Shown: piece by piece, positions 52,401-60,549 of the stretch
How the letters are laid out: the number at the start of each line of letters is the position of its first letter
Position numbering within the stretch: position 1 is the first letter of the stretch
Assembly: GCA_030390025.1 (NCBI GenBank)
Contig: JASTWF010000036.1
Coordinates: forward strand, 3,164,001 to 3,228,000
Direction of reading: 5' to 3'
DNA: 64,000 nt
DNA from: Squalus acanthias
Taxonomy: Eukaryota
Translations under genes and position numbers: made by a program
Notes under the pieces: generated by a model
The model's database searches: none
Told to the model about the DNA's origin: nothing
Seen by the model: the letters and a program-made list of their open reading frames with translations, nothing else

Positions 52401-55400
52401 GTTTACTGAGCTATTCGTGAAGAACCCGGGGCTGCTTCCAAACTCAGTTCGCCGAGGAAATGGGCCTCAAGTGGATCCCCTCCGCCCCCCCGCACCACCC
52501 CCAATAATTATTTTTCAAACCAAAAGACCAAGGGGGAAAAATTCGGTTGCTTTGCGCCTCCCGTTAGCGCCCTAAAAGCAACTAGCGCCTGGGCGCGTTG
52601 TCGCCAACGCCTCCCGTGAAATTCAGCGGGAGGTTAGCGGCGGTGGTAACCGTTAGTGCCCCGCGGCACTGCGCCGCTGGCGATGACGTCATCACCGTGC
52701 GCAGCGCCCTGCTCGCGATCTTCGGTAGCGCCCCCTGACTTACTGCCGGACGCTATGTCCGACGGTGTCAGGGGGGCCTACCTGCGGCCGGGGCGGCACT
52801 ATTTAAAGGCGAGGTGCCGGGCAGCCATTTTTGTTGCTGGCCGCCTGCCAGCACCTGCCTCCGCTGCCGTCCCCGGCCTCCTGACCCACACCACCCCCCC
52901 CCCCCCCCCCCGCGGAGTGCCGGCTGCACTCCATGAGCCCGGCACTTCTCTTGAGTGCCGGGCTCTTTTGCCGGCACTCCGATCCCCGGTGGCCCATCTG
53001 GGCCCCGGGTAGTGCTGCGCAAGGCCCCTCCCCTTGGGGCGCCGCAATATTCCCTCGCAGTGCCCCAAGAGGGAGGTGGGGCGCTTCCAGAAGCGCCCCG
53101 CTTCCCTCTAGAGGCGCTACCACTCAATTTTGGCTGCGGGGGCGCTAATTTTTCCGGGCCGCTAAAAGTAGCGCCCCGGCGAAGTTAACGCCCCAAACGG
53201 CGCGTGACTCAATTTTTCCCCCCAAATTCGGAACCAAGGGATCTGTATCCTCCATTTTGGACAACACTTCTGCTGCTGTAAAGTAACAGGTAAATTGGAG
53301 AAGGTGAATGACTCGAGCCAATCAAATGCTGAACAAGTGGCCACGCCAACCAGCCGAGAGTCTTTTGAGGGAGAAATGGGACAGAACAGCAAGGGGAACA
53401 GTAACACTGGCTGCCCTCCCGTGGCACTGGTCATGGAGAGTTTTATGCTATGTAATGTACAATTTATTATCAGGGCCACTAATTTATGGTGAATGAATAA
53501 GTCAAGTTGTGTTTATTATAGAGCATTGTAGGAGTGTTAGTGGTAGTTTTGGGCTCGAATTCCATAATTATGTCGATATGTGCGAGGAAACTATAAATCA
53601 GTGGCCCTGGTTGCTAATAAACGACATTTAACAATGTAGTCCATTTTATCCATTACCTTTGTTTAATGTCCAGAATGCAAAGGAAGATGGACAGGGAAGG
53701 TGTTCCAGGTAGGTTGTAGGAACCACATATAGTAGTGGAGATTTTCAACAGCCACGTGGGTTGGTATTATTGTCCTGGGGTTTGAGAGCAGGGACCGTGG
53801 GGCTTGGGAGCACTAAGGGTCTGGGAGAGCCAGGAGGAAGGTTGTGTTATTTGAGAGCACTAGGAAGAGGATACCGAGGTCTGGTAGGTATGAGAACGAG
53901 CTGTTGGGGTATGGCATCTCTAGGGAAGTCCTGGGGGTGTGGGTGGATTGGGAGTGGAGCCCTGAGCTATGAAAACGCTGGGAGGGTGGTGTGGGGTGTG
54001 GTTGGGACTGGGATGGCAGTAGGGGGGCGAGTGGAAGCAGTGGGAGGTGAGGTGAAAGCAATGGAAGGAGGGTTTCAGACCTCGTTTGACAAAAGCGCTT
54101 TGATGGGGGTTTTCTCGGGAGTGTGCCGGTGGTGGAGTGAAAGGTACTGGTGCCCAGCATCGAGGGGGAGGGAGGGACAAGAGCTAGCAGGAGAGATTGC
54201 GAGTAGACGGTGTAGGTGGTGGGGAGGCAGCAGTCACAAGAGTTGGCAGCAGGAAGGGGGCAAGCAGCATTCAGCCACAGGCCCAATTTTGGCAGCTCCG
54301 AGGTAGGTGGCACTGTGGGCACCATAGTGCCAGCAGGAGGGTTCAGTTGGCGACAGAGCTGGGAGGTAGTAAGCAACACTGCCATCTACCTTGGAGACCA
54401 GCTTGGAGGACTCAGAGGCAAGTGCAATAAATAGCTGAGTTAAACTGTGACAGAAAAGCATGACAGGCAGTAAGAGTGACACCAACAAGAAGTGTGTGCT
54501 ATACACAAGACCTTTACAATACTATAGATACAGATAAGAATATCTCCCACAATAAAAGGAATTGTACGCACAGTGGCAATGGCTGGAATACGTCATCATC
54601 AACCCTGGTGCCAAAACTATATCTCATCTGCAGGTTACTCTGACAAATCTTATCAGTTCCACAGCCCTCCCTCAGGAAATTCACCTGCAAGCAGACAACA
54701 GGAGACTTGTCAGTAAAGTACAATTTGTCGAGTGACCATTAAAATATTTGTCCGGCCTGGTAGCCATGTCAGCCGTGGTTCGATTGGTAGCATTCTGGCT
54801 TCAGAGTCCGAAGGTTGTGGGTTCAAGTCCCACTCCAGAGACTTGAGCACAAAAATCCAGGCTGGGGCTCCAGTGCAGTGCTGAGGGAGTGCCGCACTGT
54901 CGGAGGTGCCGTCTTTCAGATGAGATGTTAAACCGAGGCCCCGTCTGCTCTCTCAGGTGGATGTAAAAGATCCCGTGGCACTATTTCTGAGAAGAGCAGG
55001 GGAGTTCTCCCCGGTGTCCTGGGGCCAATATTTATCCCTCAATCAAAATCACTAAAACAGATTATCTGGTCATTATCACATTGCTGTTTGTGGGAGCTTG
55101 CTGTGCGCAAATTGGCTGCCGCGTTTCCTATATTACAACAGTGACTACACTTCAAAAGTACTTCATTGGCTGTAAAGCGCTTTGGGATGTCTTGAGGTGG
55201 TGAAAAGCGCTGTAGAAATGCAAGTCTTTCTTTCTTAGAGTGGACAGTTGTCTGAAGTATCAAAACCGCAACAACAAAAATATGGAACAGAAAACATCCA
55301 TTCAGCTCATTGAACACCGTCATCGGTTCTCCCCAAACTATTCAATCTACCAAGGGAGGTGAACAACCACAGGGAAAACCTACAAATGAATCCAAGTTAA

Positions 55401-58400
55401 CCTATTTCTGATTCATTTTGATTCTGAAATGACTTGAAATCTCATTCCTGGCCTTGTGCACGTCTATGGAAAAGATCCAGGTACTCTTACCTCTTCGCTG
55501 AACGTGTTGGAAACCTGAGCATTTAAGACAGGCATCAGGTTAACCAGTTGTCGTTCGGCCTGCTTCTTCTTGCGCTTGACATCCTTGATCATATAAATTA
55601 ACGTCACTGGAATGGGCCGCAGTTTGTCTCTGATGTTCTCCTGTCAAACAAAGGAGTAGTAATCATCAGCTTTCCTCTTCTAAGTCCCCACCTTGTGCCT
55701 CACCAGCCTTCAGCCGGTACAGTCGGTGGCAGCCTACTTCCAGGCCTCGACAAATTCGACACTTGAGGTGGTCATTGGAGGTTGACTGCAGCTTTGGTCT
55801 TCTCTCCTTCTCTGACAAAAAGACTGAATGCGCACTATGCACCAATAAGAACATAAGAACATAAGAAATAGGAGCAGGAGGAGGCCATTCGGCCCCTCGA
55901 GCCTGCAATTCAATAAGATCATGGCTGATCTGATCTTGGCCTCAACTCCACTTTCCTGCCCGCTCCCCATAACCCTTGACTCCCCTGTAGCTCAAATATC
56001 TGTCTATCTCCGCCTTGAATGTATTCAATGACTCCGCCTCCACAGGTCTCTGGGGAAGAGAATTCGAAAGATTCACGACCCTCTGAGAGAAGAAATTTCT
56101 CCTCATCTCCGTCTTAAATGGTCGATCCTTTATTCTGAAACTATGCCCCCTAGTTCTAGATTCCCCCACGAGGGGAAACATCCTCTCAGCATCTACCCTG
56201 TCGAGCCCCCTCAGAATCTTATATGTTTCAATAAGATCACCTCTCATTCTTCTAAACTCCAATGAGTATAGGCCCAACCTGCTCAACCTTTCCTCACAAG
56301 ACAACCCCTTCATCTCAGGAATTAACCTAGTGAACCTTCTCTGAACTGCCTCCAATGCAAGTATATCCCTCCTTAAATAAGGAGACCAAAACTGTACGCA
56401 GTACTCCAGGTGCGGTCTCACCAGCGCCCTGTACAGTTGTAGCAAGACTTCCCTACTTTTATAACCCGAATGGCCTACTCCTGCTCCTATCTTCTATGTT
56501 TACTCCATCCCCCTTGCAATAAGGGCCAACATTCCATTTGCCTTCCTGATTACTTGCTGTACCTGCATGCTATCTTTTTGTGTTTCATGTACGAGGATCC
56601 CCAGATCCCTCTGTACCGCAGCATTTTGTAGTCTCTCTCCATTTAAATAATAATTTGCTTTTTTATTCTTCCTACCAAAGTGGAAAACCTCACATTTTCC
56701 CACATTATACACTAGGCAAGCCTTACCGCCCCTCCCCGCCCCCCTTCCCATTATATGAGGGTCCTAGATAGAGTGGATAGGAAGGACCTGTTTCCCTTAG
56801 CAGAGAGGTCAATAACCAGGGGGCACAGATTTAATAATTGGCAGGAGGTTTCGAGGGAAGTTGAGGAGAATTTTTTCACCCAGAGGGTGGTGGGGGTCTG
56901 GAACTCACTGCCTGAAAGGGTGGTAGAGGCAGAAACCCTCACCACATTTAAAAAGTAGTTGGATATGCACTTGAAGTGCCGTAACCTACAGGGCTACAGA
57001 CCGAGAGCTGGAGAGTGGGATTAGGCTGGAGAGCTCTTTGTCGGCCGGCACGGACACGATGGGCCGAATGGCTTCCTTCTGTAAATTTCTGTGATTCGCA
57101 AATTTCTGCAGCTCATGCTACCTGGAATTTTCAGCCTTACCTGTAGTTTCATTGTGATGTTGACACAGTTGGACTCAATTTGCTTTCTCAGGACTACCTC
57201 CCCGGTATATTGGTTCTCGGGATCGCTTGGCTTCCTTTTCAGAAAGGACACACGGGGAGGTCTTCTCCTCTGTCCGTCAACCTCGACTGAATCAGCCTCA
57301 ATTGTAAAACCGAGAACTGTAAATAACAAGGAGAGCACATTGTACAATATATCGCAGTGACTACCACAATGAACACAACTGGTCACATACTGTCCAATCA
57401 AGCATGGGTTGTTTTCTGCAGAAGCACCCATTCATTAACCTTTTTGAAATGATGGGTACTGCTGTGCTCTCCTCCAATACTGGAGTTTTGTACGTTCATT
57501 TGAGAAAAGCGCTGATTTTTTTGAAAACAAAATTACTTATAAAAAGGAGTAACTATAGTTGCATTATAAAAAAACAACTGCATTGAAAAGTTGTTTTCCC
57601 ACGAAGAATAGGCCACAATGAATCGTGGGCAGTTCTGCGAGGCTCTCTCTCTCTCTCTCTCTCTCTGCTCCTGTTTCAGTGGCGCCTGGCTAGAGAGGAG
57701 GGCAGGTCGGGGATCGCCCTCCCGCTCACGCCGGGAGTGGAGCCTCGCAACGTCAACCCTTTAGTACCATCTCAAATCGCTTCCTGCAATTAAAAAAACC
57801 TGCTAGCTTGGCTCATTCAAAAGCGTCAGGGAGGCTGTTCCACTGGTTTAGGTGGTCGGCAAAGAGTCCATGCCGCTAGGCAGAGACGATCAGGGAGGTC
57901 TCCTTCCTCCCTCAAAACAGTACAGCCAAAGCTCATCTCGGCGCCCCTTCAGTGGGATCTTGCTGTGCGCAAAAATGGCTGCCGCATTTGCCTGCAGACG
58001 TTTATAGAATTTCGCTGCATGTTAAGTGCTTGGAGACATTTGAGCAGCGTAATAAGGCGCAAGAGGAATGCAGATGGGAATGCACGTCAACATTTAGGAA
58101 TTACAGGTTGAAAGCACAGACAGGAAACACTTTGAACTACTTCACTGTCTGCACACAGGAATCCGACGTGCAATTGCACATTGCACCATCCGGGTGAGGA
58201 ATGTAAATCAAAAGGTCCGTGTCTTCAATTTCAATTAGTGTGAGAGGTTATTTATTGGGCACCCATTCCTTCCTGCATTTCCTACAATACAGTGGAAAAT
58301 GACAGCAGCACACGGAGGGAAACAAAAACTGGAATTTCATGCACTCGACGCACACGTCTGGGCATCATGTCCAGTGGCAGGTCTTAAGAAAACAAGCGCC

Positions 58401-60075
58401 TTTCTCCGACGGCGCTGCCTGGGTGGGTGCTTTGTTGCTCATCCCCATTCTTCTTCATTCTCCACCTCTTTGGGCTGCTGCTCAATGACGTCCAGCAAGA
58501 GCAAAATGCAACATGCGGTCTTCCCATTCCCAACCTCAAGTGGTGAAAAAGGTATGATCTCCCCCACCCCGCCCCCCCACCACTCCACAACCTGATGAAT
58601 TCCAAACATCTGAACTGTCGCTTCACAAGGCTGGTCCCGTCACCACCCTGGTTTTGGCATCGGTCTCATTGCACCTTCGCCCTTGCTCAGTACGAGTGGT
58701 TGGCACAAGTGAATGAAGGTTGACCTCAGTAGTCCTGGTCTCACAGATCCATGCCTCCTCCATGTTTGGTTCTCCCAATGAAGGAATACAGCTAGAGCCC
58801 GACACTGTGAGGTGCACAATTCTAAAATGTGCAGCGCGCACCATCTGCAGAGCGATGGAGCGGAACCTCTTTCTCGTCACAGGTGTCAGGATTTTGCCTG
58901 GGATCATGAACTTCGGTATTTGTGTAATCACCACCCCCTGCACACTGGAGAACCCAGCAGGCCAATAAAACTGCTGCTCTTCTCTCCTAAGTATGAAAAA
59001 CATCCATGGGAATACAGGACGCAGTTTACAGCAGAACAGCTCACCTCACCAGCTGTGCCCAGAATAGGTGGCAATGCTCAGCCACCGTGTCATACCCTCA
59101 TGAAGCACTGCTCCTCAGTGAGATGCCCTTCACTGTATCGGGCCCGGTAGTTCCTAGCAGCGGGGTGTAATTGGTAGAGAAAGGTTTGAGGAGTCCCTTT
59201 CTGCCACTTCATCCATCTGCTCCATCACCATTCTGGAAACCAGTCAGTGGGACCCGTGGTGACACTACCAGAAATGCATGCTGGGTTGCAAGTGTCAGCT
59301 TGGCCCAGTTGGCAGTACTCTCACCTTAGGGTCAGAAAATTGCGAGCTCAAAGCCCCTCTACAGAACTTGAGCAGGTAATCTGGCCTGGCACTCTAGTGA
59401 ATGCCCCAGAAGGAGTGCTGCATTGTTGGAGATGCCATCCTTCAGATGAGACAATAAGCCAAGGTTCTGTCCGCCTGTTCCACTGGTCCAGGTGGATATT
59501 AAAGATCCCATGGGATTATTCAAAAAAGAGCAGTGAGATTTTTCCTAGCGTCCTGGCCAACAGTCTTCCCTCACCAAAAATCGGTTAACTGGTCATTCAA
59601 CTTGTTGCTGCTTGCGGGATCTTGCTGCGCGCAAAATGGCTGCCGCGTTTGCCGACATAATAACAGTTACAGCACTTCAAAGCAATCTGTTCCGCAAGAA
59701 GTATTTTGGGACATTTTAGGAAAGATGTTATACAGAGCTGTATAAACGCAAGTGCTTTCTTTCACTGTCACACTTGCTGTTGCAATCACAGCAGAAGTTC
59801 ACAAAAGTAATTGACCTCAACAACATTTTTCTCAATGACAACCTTTTGCCTCTCAACACCTTATAGAAACCCATCGGATTGCGCCAACGGCTCAATTTTC
59901 CGCCAATCCCATTTAGCGCATGGATTTCCACACAAGTTAATGCATCATGAAATTCCCATTACCCCTTTTTTATGCTATGTGGACAATACGGGCCATTCTG
60001 TTGTTGAACTTACCAATCCTGGGGTTGTAGGATTCAGGCTTCGATCTATAAAGGAAGCAGGCCCTGACATCAATA
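4351..60075 (-). CDS. Integrin alpha, laminin-binding ITGA6/ITGA7-like; partial gene, 15 3' coding exons (thigh, calf-1, calf-2, TM, GFFKR tail)
   Basis: Manually spliced exons 60075-60014, 57316-57141, 55640-55491, 54684-54572, 51442-51259, 48391-48308, 22005-21926, 21041-20964, 17799-17697, 15870-15700, 14515-14402, 11488-11375, 10416-10318, 8952-8827, 4461-4351 give one open frame (1765 nt) with compatible phases. Motifs: [53 protein letters not shown] furin site, TM helix, CGFFKR. ITGA6 vs ITGA7 orthology not resolved. Confidence 0.95.
5105..6612 (-). mobile_element. 5'-truncated CR1 LINE with uninterrupted RT ORF (ORF 5202-6629)
   Basis: [55 protein letters not shown]; repeated 3' tail near 5105-5125. 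Confidence 0.95.
7010..7545 (+). mobile_element. Decayed copy of the same non-LTR family as 16840-17662
   Basis: Shared GGTCACCATTGACCAGAA...CTTAACTGGACCAGCCAC and 3' end. Confidence 0.82.
7885..8592 (-). mobile_element. CR1 LINE 3' fragment (second subfamily)
   Basis: [18 protein letters not shown]; (TTCTATGA)n tail. Confidence 0.9.
8827..8952 (-). CDS. Integrin alpha transmembrane exon (…[25 protein letters not shown])
   Basis: ctccag/gtaagc, 126 nt, hydrophobic helix. Confidence 0.96.
9186..9315 (+). mobile_element. CR1 3' UTR fragment
   Basis: GATCAGCCATGATCTTATTGA...CTCCTGCTCCTA tail. Confidence 0.8.
9800..9982 (+). mobile_element. CR1 3' fragment
   Basis: Same CR1 3' end as 1183-1360. 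Confidence 0.85.
10318..10416 (-). CDS. Integrin alpha exon ([14 protein letters not shown]...AAAQ)
   Basis: ttacag/gtacag, 99 nt. Confidence 0.93.
11078..11192 (-). mobile_element. CR1 3' UTR fragment
   Basis: GGAGGAGGCCATTCAGCCCCTCGAGCC. Confidence 0.75.
11375..11488 (-). CDS. Integrin alpha exon ([16 protein letters not shown]...RLWSSTFLE)
   Basis: ccacag/gtacgc, 114 nt. Confidence 0.95.
11845..12945. repeat. 35-bp minisatellite, about 31 copies
   Basis: Unit TAACTC(C/T)CCCATCAAAGCCCATCCCTCCAGTACCC. Confidence 0.98.
13455..14030 (-). mobile_element. L2 LINE, internally deleted
   Basis: ISDHFLV (EN end), AKTAHYS...LFSTANRLL, joined directly to the L2 3' tail. Confidence 0.78.
14402..14515 (-). 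CDS. Integrin alpha exon with heavy/light-chain furin site ([13 protein letters not shown]...KKSQTL)
   Basis: tgacag/gtaact, 114 nt; RVKR at the position of the dibasic cleavage site of alpha3/6/7. Confidence 0.9.
14815..15205 (-). mobile_element. tRNA-derived SINE sharing its 3' tail with the LINE at 16840
   Basis: B-box GAGTTCAAATCC on minus; 14830-14905 nearly identical to 16855-16940. Confidence 0.75.
15346..15567. mobile_element. Penelope-like element remnant (inverted pLTR hairpin)
   Basis: ~88-bp near-perfect inverted arms 15381-15468/15480-15567; flanking duplication TTGACTTTGTGC (15334-15345, 15565-15576). Confidence 0.8.
15476..15513 (+). ncRNA. Minimal type I hammerhead ribozyme motif
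   Basis: TCAC-CTGACGA-A-GGAGC agcc GCTCC-GAAA-GC-TT-GTGA: stem I, core, stem II, palindromic minimal stem III. Confidence 0.72.
15700..15870 (-). CDS. Integrin alpha exon (VLNTGK...[11 protein letters not shown]...NPLNL)
   Basis: catcag/gtaagc, 171 nt. Confidence 0.95.
16840..17662 (-). mobile_element. Non-LTR retrotransposon (CR1/L2 group) 3' fragment
   Basis: [18 protein letters not shown]...[13 protein letters not shown]; related copy + 7010-7530. Confidence 0.88.
17697..17799 (-). CDS. Integrin alpha exon, calf-2 ([11 protein letters not shown]...VDYELT); GC donor
   Basis: tcacag acceptor, ACG|gcaagt donor, 103 nt, phase 2 to 0. Confidence 0.92.
18236..18695 (-). mobile_element. CR1 3' fragment
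   Basis: [24 protein letters not shown]. Confidence 0.9.
18858..19238 (-). mobile_element. Penelope-like element 3' end inserted in an L2 fragment
   Basis: 14-bp TSD GTTGATGACAGGGC (18844-18857, 19239-19252); hammerhead core inside; related arms at 1127-1186, 1760-1887 and weakly 21545-21790. Confidence 0.75.
18955..18991 (-). ncRNA. Minimal type I hammerhead ribozyme motif
   Basis: Minus strand AGTT-CTGACGA-A-GGGTC atc GACCT-GAAA-CG-TT-AACT. Confidence 0.72.
19550..19710 (+). mobile_element. Deu-type SINE fragment
   Basis: Central domain. Confidence 0.8.
19712..20300 (-). mobile_element. CR1 3' fragment
   Basis: [10 protein letters not shown]...KNFFTQRVV. Confidence 0.88.
20400..20700. 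mobile_element. Two Deu-type SINE 3' fragments in opposite orientation
   Basis: 20400-20575 minus, 20585-20700 plus. Confidence 0.75.
20964..21041 (-). CDS. Integrin alpha exon ([25 protein letters not shown])
   Basis: ttttacag/gtaagc, 78 nt, phase 2 to 2. Confidence 0.93.
21147..21666. promoter_or_regulatory. Cluster of CTCF-like motifs (21147-21163 +, 21197-21215 -, 21648-21666 -)
   Basis: ACAGCAGGTGGCGC, CCAGCAGAGGGTGC and GCAGCAGGGGGCGC versus core CCASYAGRKGGCRS; motif match only. Confidence 0.45.
21926..22005 (-). CDS. Integrin alpha exon ([26 protein letters not shown])
   Basis: ttcatag/gtgagt, 80 nt, phase 0 to 2. Confidence 0.93.
22096..40716. repeat. Intronic satellite array, 67-bp unit, roughly 275 copies
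   Basis: Head-to-tail GCTCCCTCTACACTGTCCCATCAAACACTCCCAGGGCAGGTACAGCACGGGTTAGATACAGAGTAAA with 66-69 bp variants; no unique spacers. Confidence 0.99.
41213..41441 (+). mobile_element. Solo LTR (229 bp), copy 1
   Basis: TGACA...TGTCA ends, 5-bp TSD GTGAA, internal ATAAATA and ATTAAA; interrupts a CR1 fragment. Confidence 0.82.
41500..41863 (-). mobile_element. Deu-type SINE
   Basis: tRNA-like head at 41795-41863. Confidence 0.87.
42300..42625 (-). mobile_element. CR1 3' fragment
   Basis: [18 protein letters not shown]. Confidence 0.85.
42625..43150 (-). mobile_element. L2 LINE 3' fragment
   Basis: GGRAFS...PKLWNSLP...[11 protein letters not shown]; tail GGCGCTATATAAATGCAA(GTT)n. Confidence 0.88.
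43980..45804 (+). pseudogene. Harbinger Myb/SANT-like DNA-binding partner gene, 3 exons (43980-44216, 44503-44665, 44828-45804), two apparent frameshifts in exon 3
   Basis: [14 protein letters not shown]...WREVA...[13 protein letters not shown] trihelix; GT-AG introns; [16 protein letters not shown]; basic NLS-like C-terminus; frame switches near 44985 and 45447. Confidence 0.85.
46117..47277 (-). CDS. Harbinger/HARBI1-like DDE transposase (386 aa, uninterrupted)
   Basis: ATG at 47277 (MGAALIGG); motifs [53 protein letters not shown]; acidic C-terminus. Confidence 0.95.
   Translation of the reverse strand: MGAALIGGVVLLQLNRRTQRRRERVAMMARRRRANRRMYRRAYPPRVYREQLSYIHMSEELCLRRLRFSKEVVTELCHLLQPDLQPQLRSRTSLSVAAKVTVALNFYATGSFQAAAGDLANISQFAVHCCIRQVTNALFKRRREFISFPMTPDKQRDRALGFAGIAGFPMVQGTIDCTHVALRAPHENAEEFRNRKGFHSLNVQLVCDHRQLILAVNAHYPGSCHDAFILRQTTVAELFEAPHQPVGWLLGDKGYPLSTWLMTPLRTPNTPAELQYNESHQATRNIIERTIGVLKQRFRCLDHSGGALQYSPERVSNFVVVCCMLHNMAIVRTQPMPPGLGAPPEEEEEEEEEDEEDDHQQHQGGRAAHNGETARAVRQRLIASRF
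47789..48035 (+). mobile_element. Deu-type SINE 3' half (5' half at 43521-43620), split by the Harbinger
   Basis: Halves join to the family sequence ...CAGGTG[GATGT]AAAAGATCC. Confidence 0.85.
48308..48391 (-). CDS. Integrin alpha exon ([28 protein letters not shown])
   Basis: ttccag/gtatgc, 84 nt. Confidence 0.95.
48830..49315 (+). mobile_element. CR1 3' fragment
   Basis: SRTRGHQYK...[17 protein letters not shown]; same subfamily at 51840-52105. Confidence 0.88.
49410..49700 (-). mobile_element. Old SINE resembling LF-SINE (related pieces 10990-11310 minus, 14680-14812 + 15205-15260 plus)
   Basis: Shared degenerate blocks (AAATGAGTT..CAGTCC.AGTT, TTGGCAC, GAGAGG.CA..GG, ACTGAA.CTACC); family assignment from memory of the consensus. 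Confidence 0.5.
50376..50601 (-). mobile_element. Solo LTR (226 bp), copy 2, same family
   Basis: Reverse complement of copy 1; own 5-bp TSD AGGAC. Confidence 0.82.
51259..51442 (-). CDS. Integrin alpha exon, calf-1 ([13 protein letters not shown]...DGDDAHEA)
   Basis: ttgcag/gtacaa, 184 nt, phase 2 to 0. Confidence 0.95.
51840..52105 (+). mobile_element. CR1 3' fragment
   Basis: Near-identical to 49050-49310. Confidence 0.85.
52532..53222. mobile_element. Non-autonomous Harbinger-related element (691 bp)
   Basis: Perfect 12-bp TIR GGGGGAAAAATT, 3-bp TSD CAA; ends similar to the 43.6-47.8 kb element in inverted orientation; no transposase. Confidence 0.88.
54572..54684 (-). CDS. Integrin alpha exon, genu ([19 protein letters not shown]...)
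   Basis: ttgcag/gtgcgt, 113 nt, phase 0 to 2. Confidence 0.95.
54766..55235 (+). mobile_element. tRNA-derived Deu-type SINE with L2-like tail, full-length
   Basis: A/B boxes (TGGTTCGATTGG, GGTTCAAGTCC), central GGAGGTGCCGTCTTTC...AAAGATCCC domain, tail ...AATGCAAGTCTTTC. Confidence 0.88.
55491..55640 (-). CDS. Integrin alpha exon ([12 protein letters not shown]...NTFSEE)
   Basis: tgacag/gtaaga, 150 nt; not in ORF track. Confidence 0.95.
55847..56712 (-). mobile_element. CR1 3' fragment
   Basis: [14 protein letters not shown]...[13 protein letters not shown]; (TGTTCTTA)n tail. Confidence 0.92.
56752..57095 (+). mobile_element. CR1 3' fragment
   Basis: [20 protein letters not shown]; same subfamily as 7885-8592. 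Confidence 0.88.
57141..57316 (-). CDS. Integrin alpha exon (LGFTIEAD...NITMKLQ)
   Basis: tttacag/gtaagg, 176 nt, phase 1 to 0. Confidence 0.93.
57643..57667. repeat. (CT)n microsatellite
   Basis: ctctctct run. Confidence 0.9.
58400..59230 (-). mobile_element. Decayed Harbinger transposase remnant
   Basis: Fragments [38 protein letters not shown] across frameshifts and stops. Confidence 0.7.
59290..59762 (+). mobile_element. Older diverged Deu-type SINE
   Basis: Colinear with family, many substitutions. Confidence 0.75.
60014..60075 (-). CDS. Integrin alpha exon ([20 protein letters not shown])
   Basis: cccacag acceptor, gtaagt donor, 62 nt, phase 2 to 1; thigh-domain CFxY...YNP motif. 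Confidence 0.9.
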
Positions 60076-60549
60076 CTGTGGGATAGAAAAGACACCGTAA
60101 GTTAGAACTTAAACAACCACTGAAATATAACCATTAACACTGCGGAACCTGCCCAGCTCACAGCGCAAATAGGCAGCCTGGGGTTCAATGGCAGTAGGGA
60201 TAACCGAATCCAGCAGCCATTCAATTGGGCTTACTTTGAATGGTAAAGTGTGGCGTGGTGAGTTGCAATGCTTCAATTCCAATTTGTGATACTCAGTATT
60301 GGATGTTTGGAGAGGACGCCATATTTTAAAGAAAGAGGCAGTGTAGACGTACTTTGAAAGCTGCGCAGGCCTTTCAATACACAAAGGGTCAACCTGGCAG
60401 CACTCGTTGCAGACATCCCCGCTTTTCAACTCACATTTTGAGTGCGCTCCAAACAAATCACTCTTTTGCTCATTTGGGTGGGTGGGTGGCGGGGGGGGGG
60501 TAATTGTCCTAGTACGGAGTGGCCAAAATGTCATGGTTGGCACGCTCAC

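Noticed and set aside
52656..53188. Multiple overlapping GC-rich ORFs / host CpG-island promoter
   Set aside because: All inside the non-autonomous transposon; high GC explains the lack of stops
53700..54400. ORFs of 181/190 aa; possible endonuclease GDFN remnant near 53735
   Set aside because: Low-complexity purine-rich sequence; motif needs a frameshift; cannot be supported
54766..54840. tRNA genes (also 1895-1965, 41795-41863)
   Set aside because: tRNA-like SINE heads continuing into SINE body
60230..60330. Further integrin exon (LELKHCNSP..., gtaagc)
   Set aside because: No RPV motif, does not supply the expected Cys codon for the next exon; upstream exons probably beyond the window
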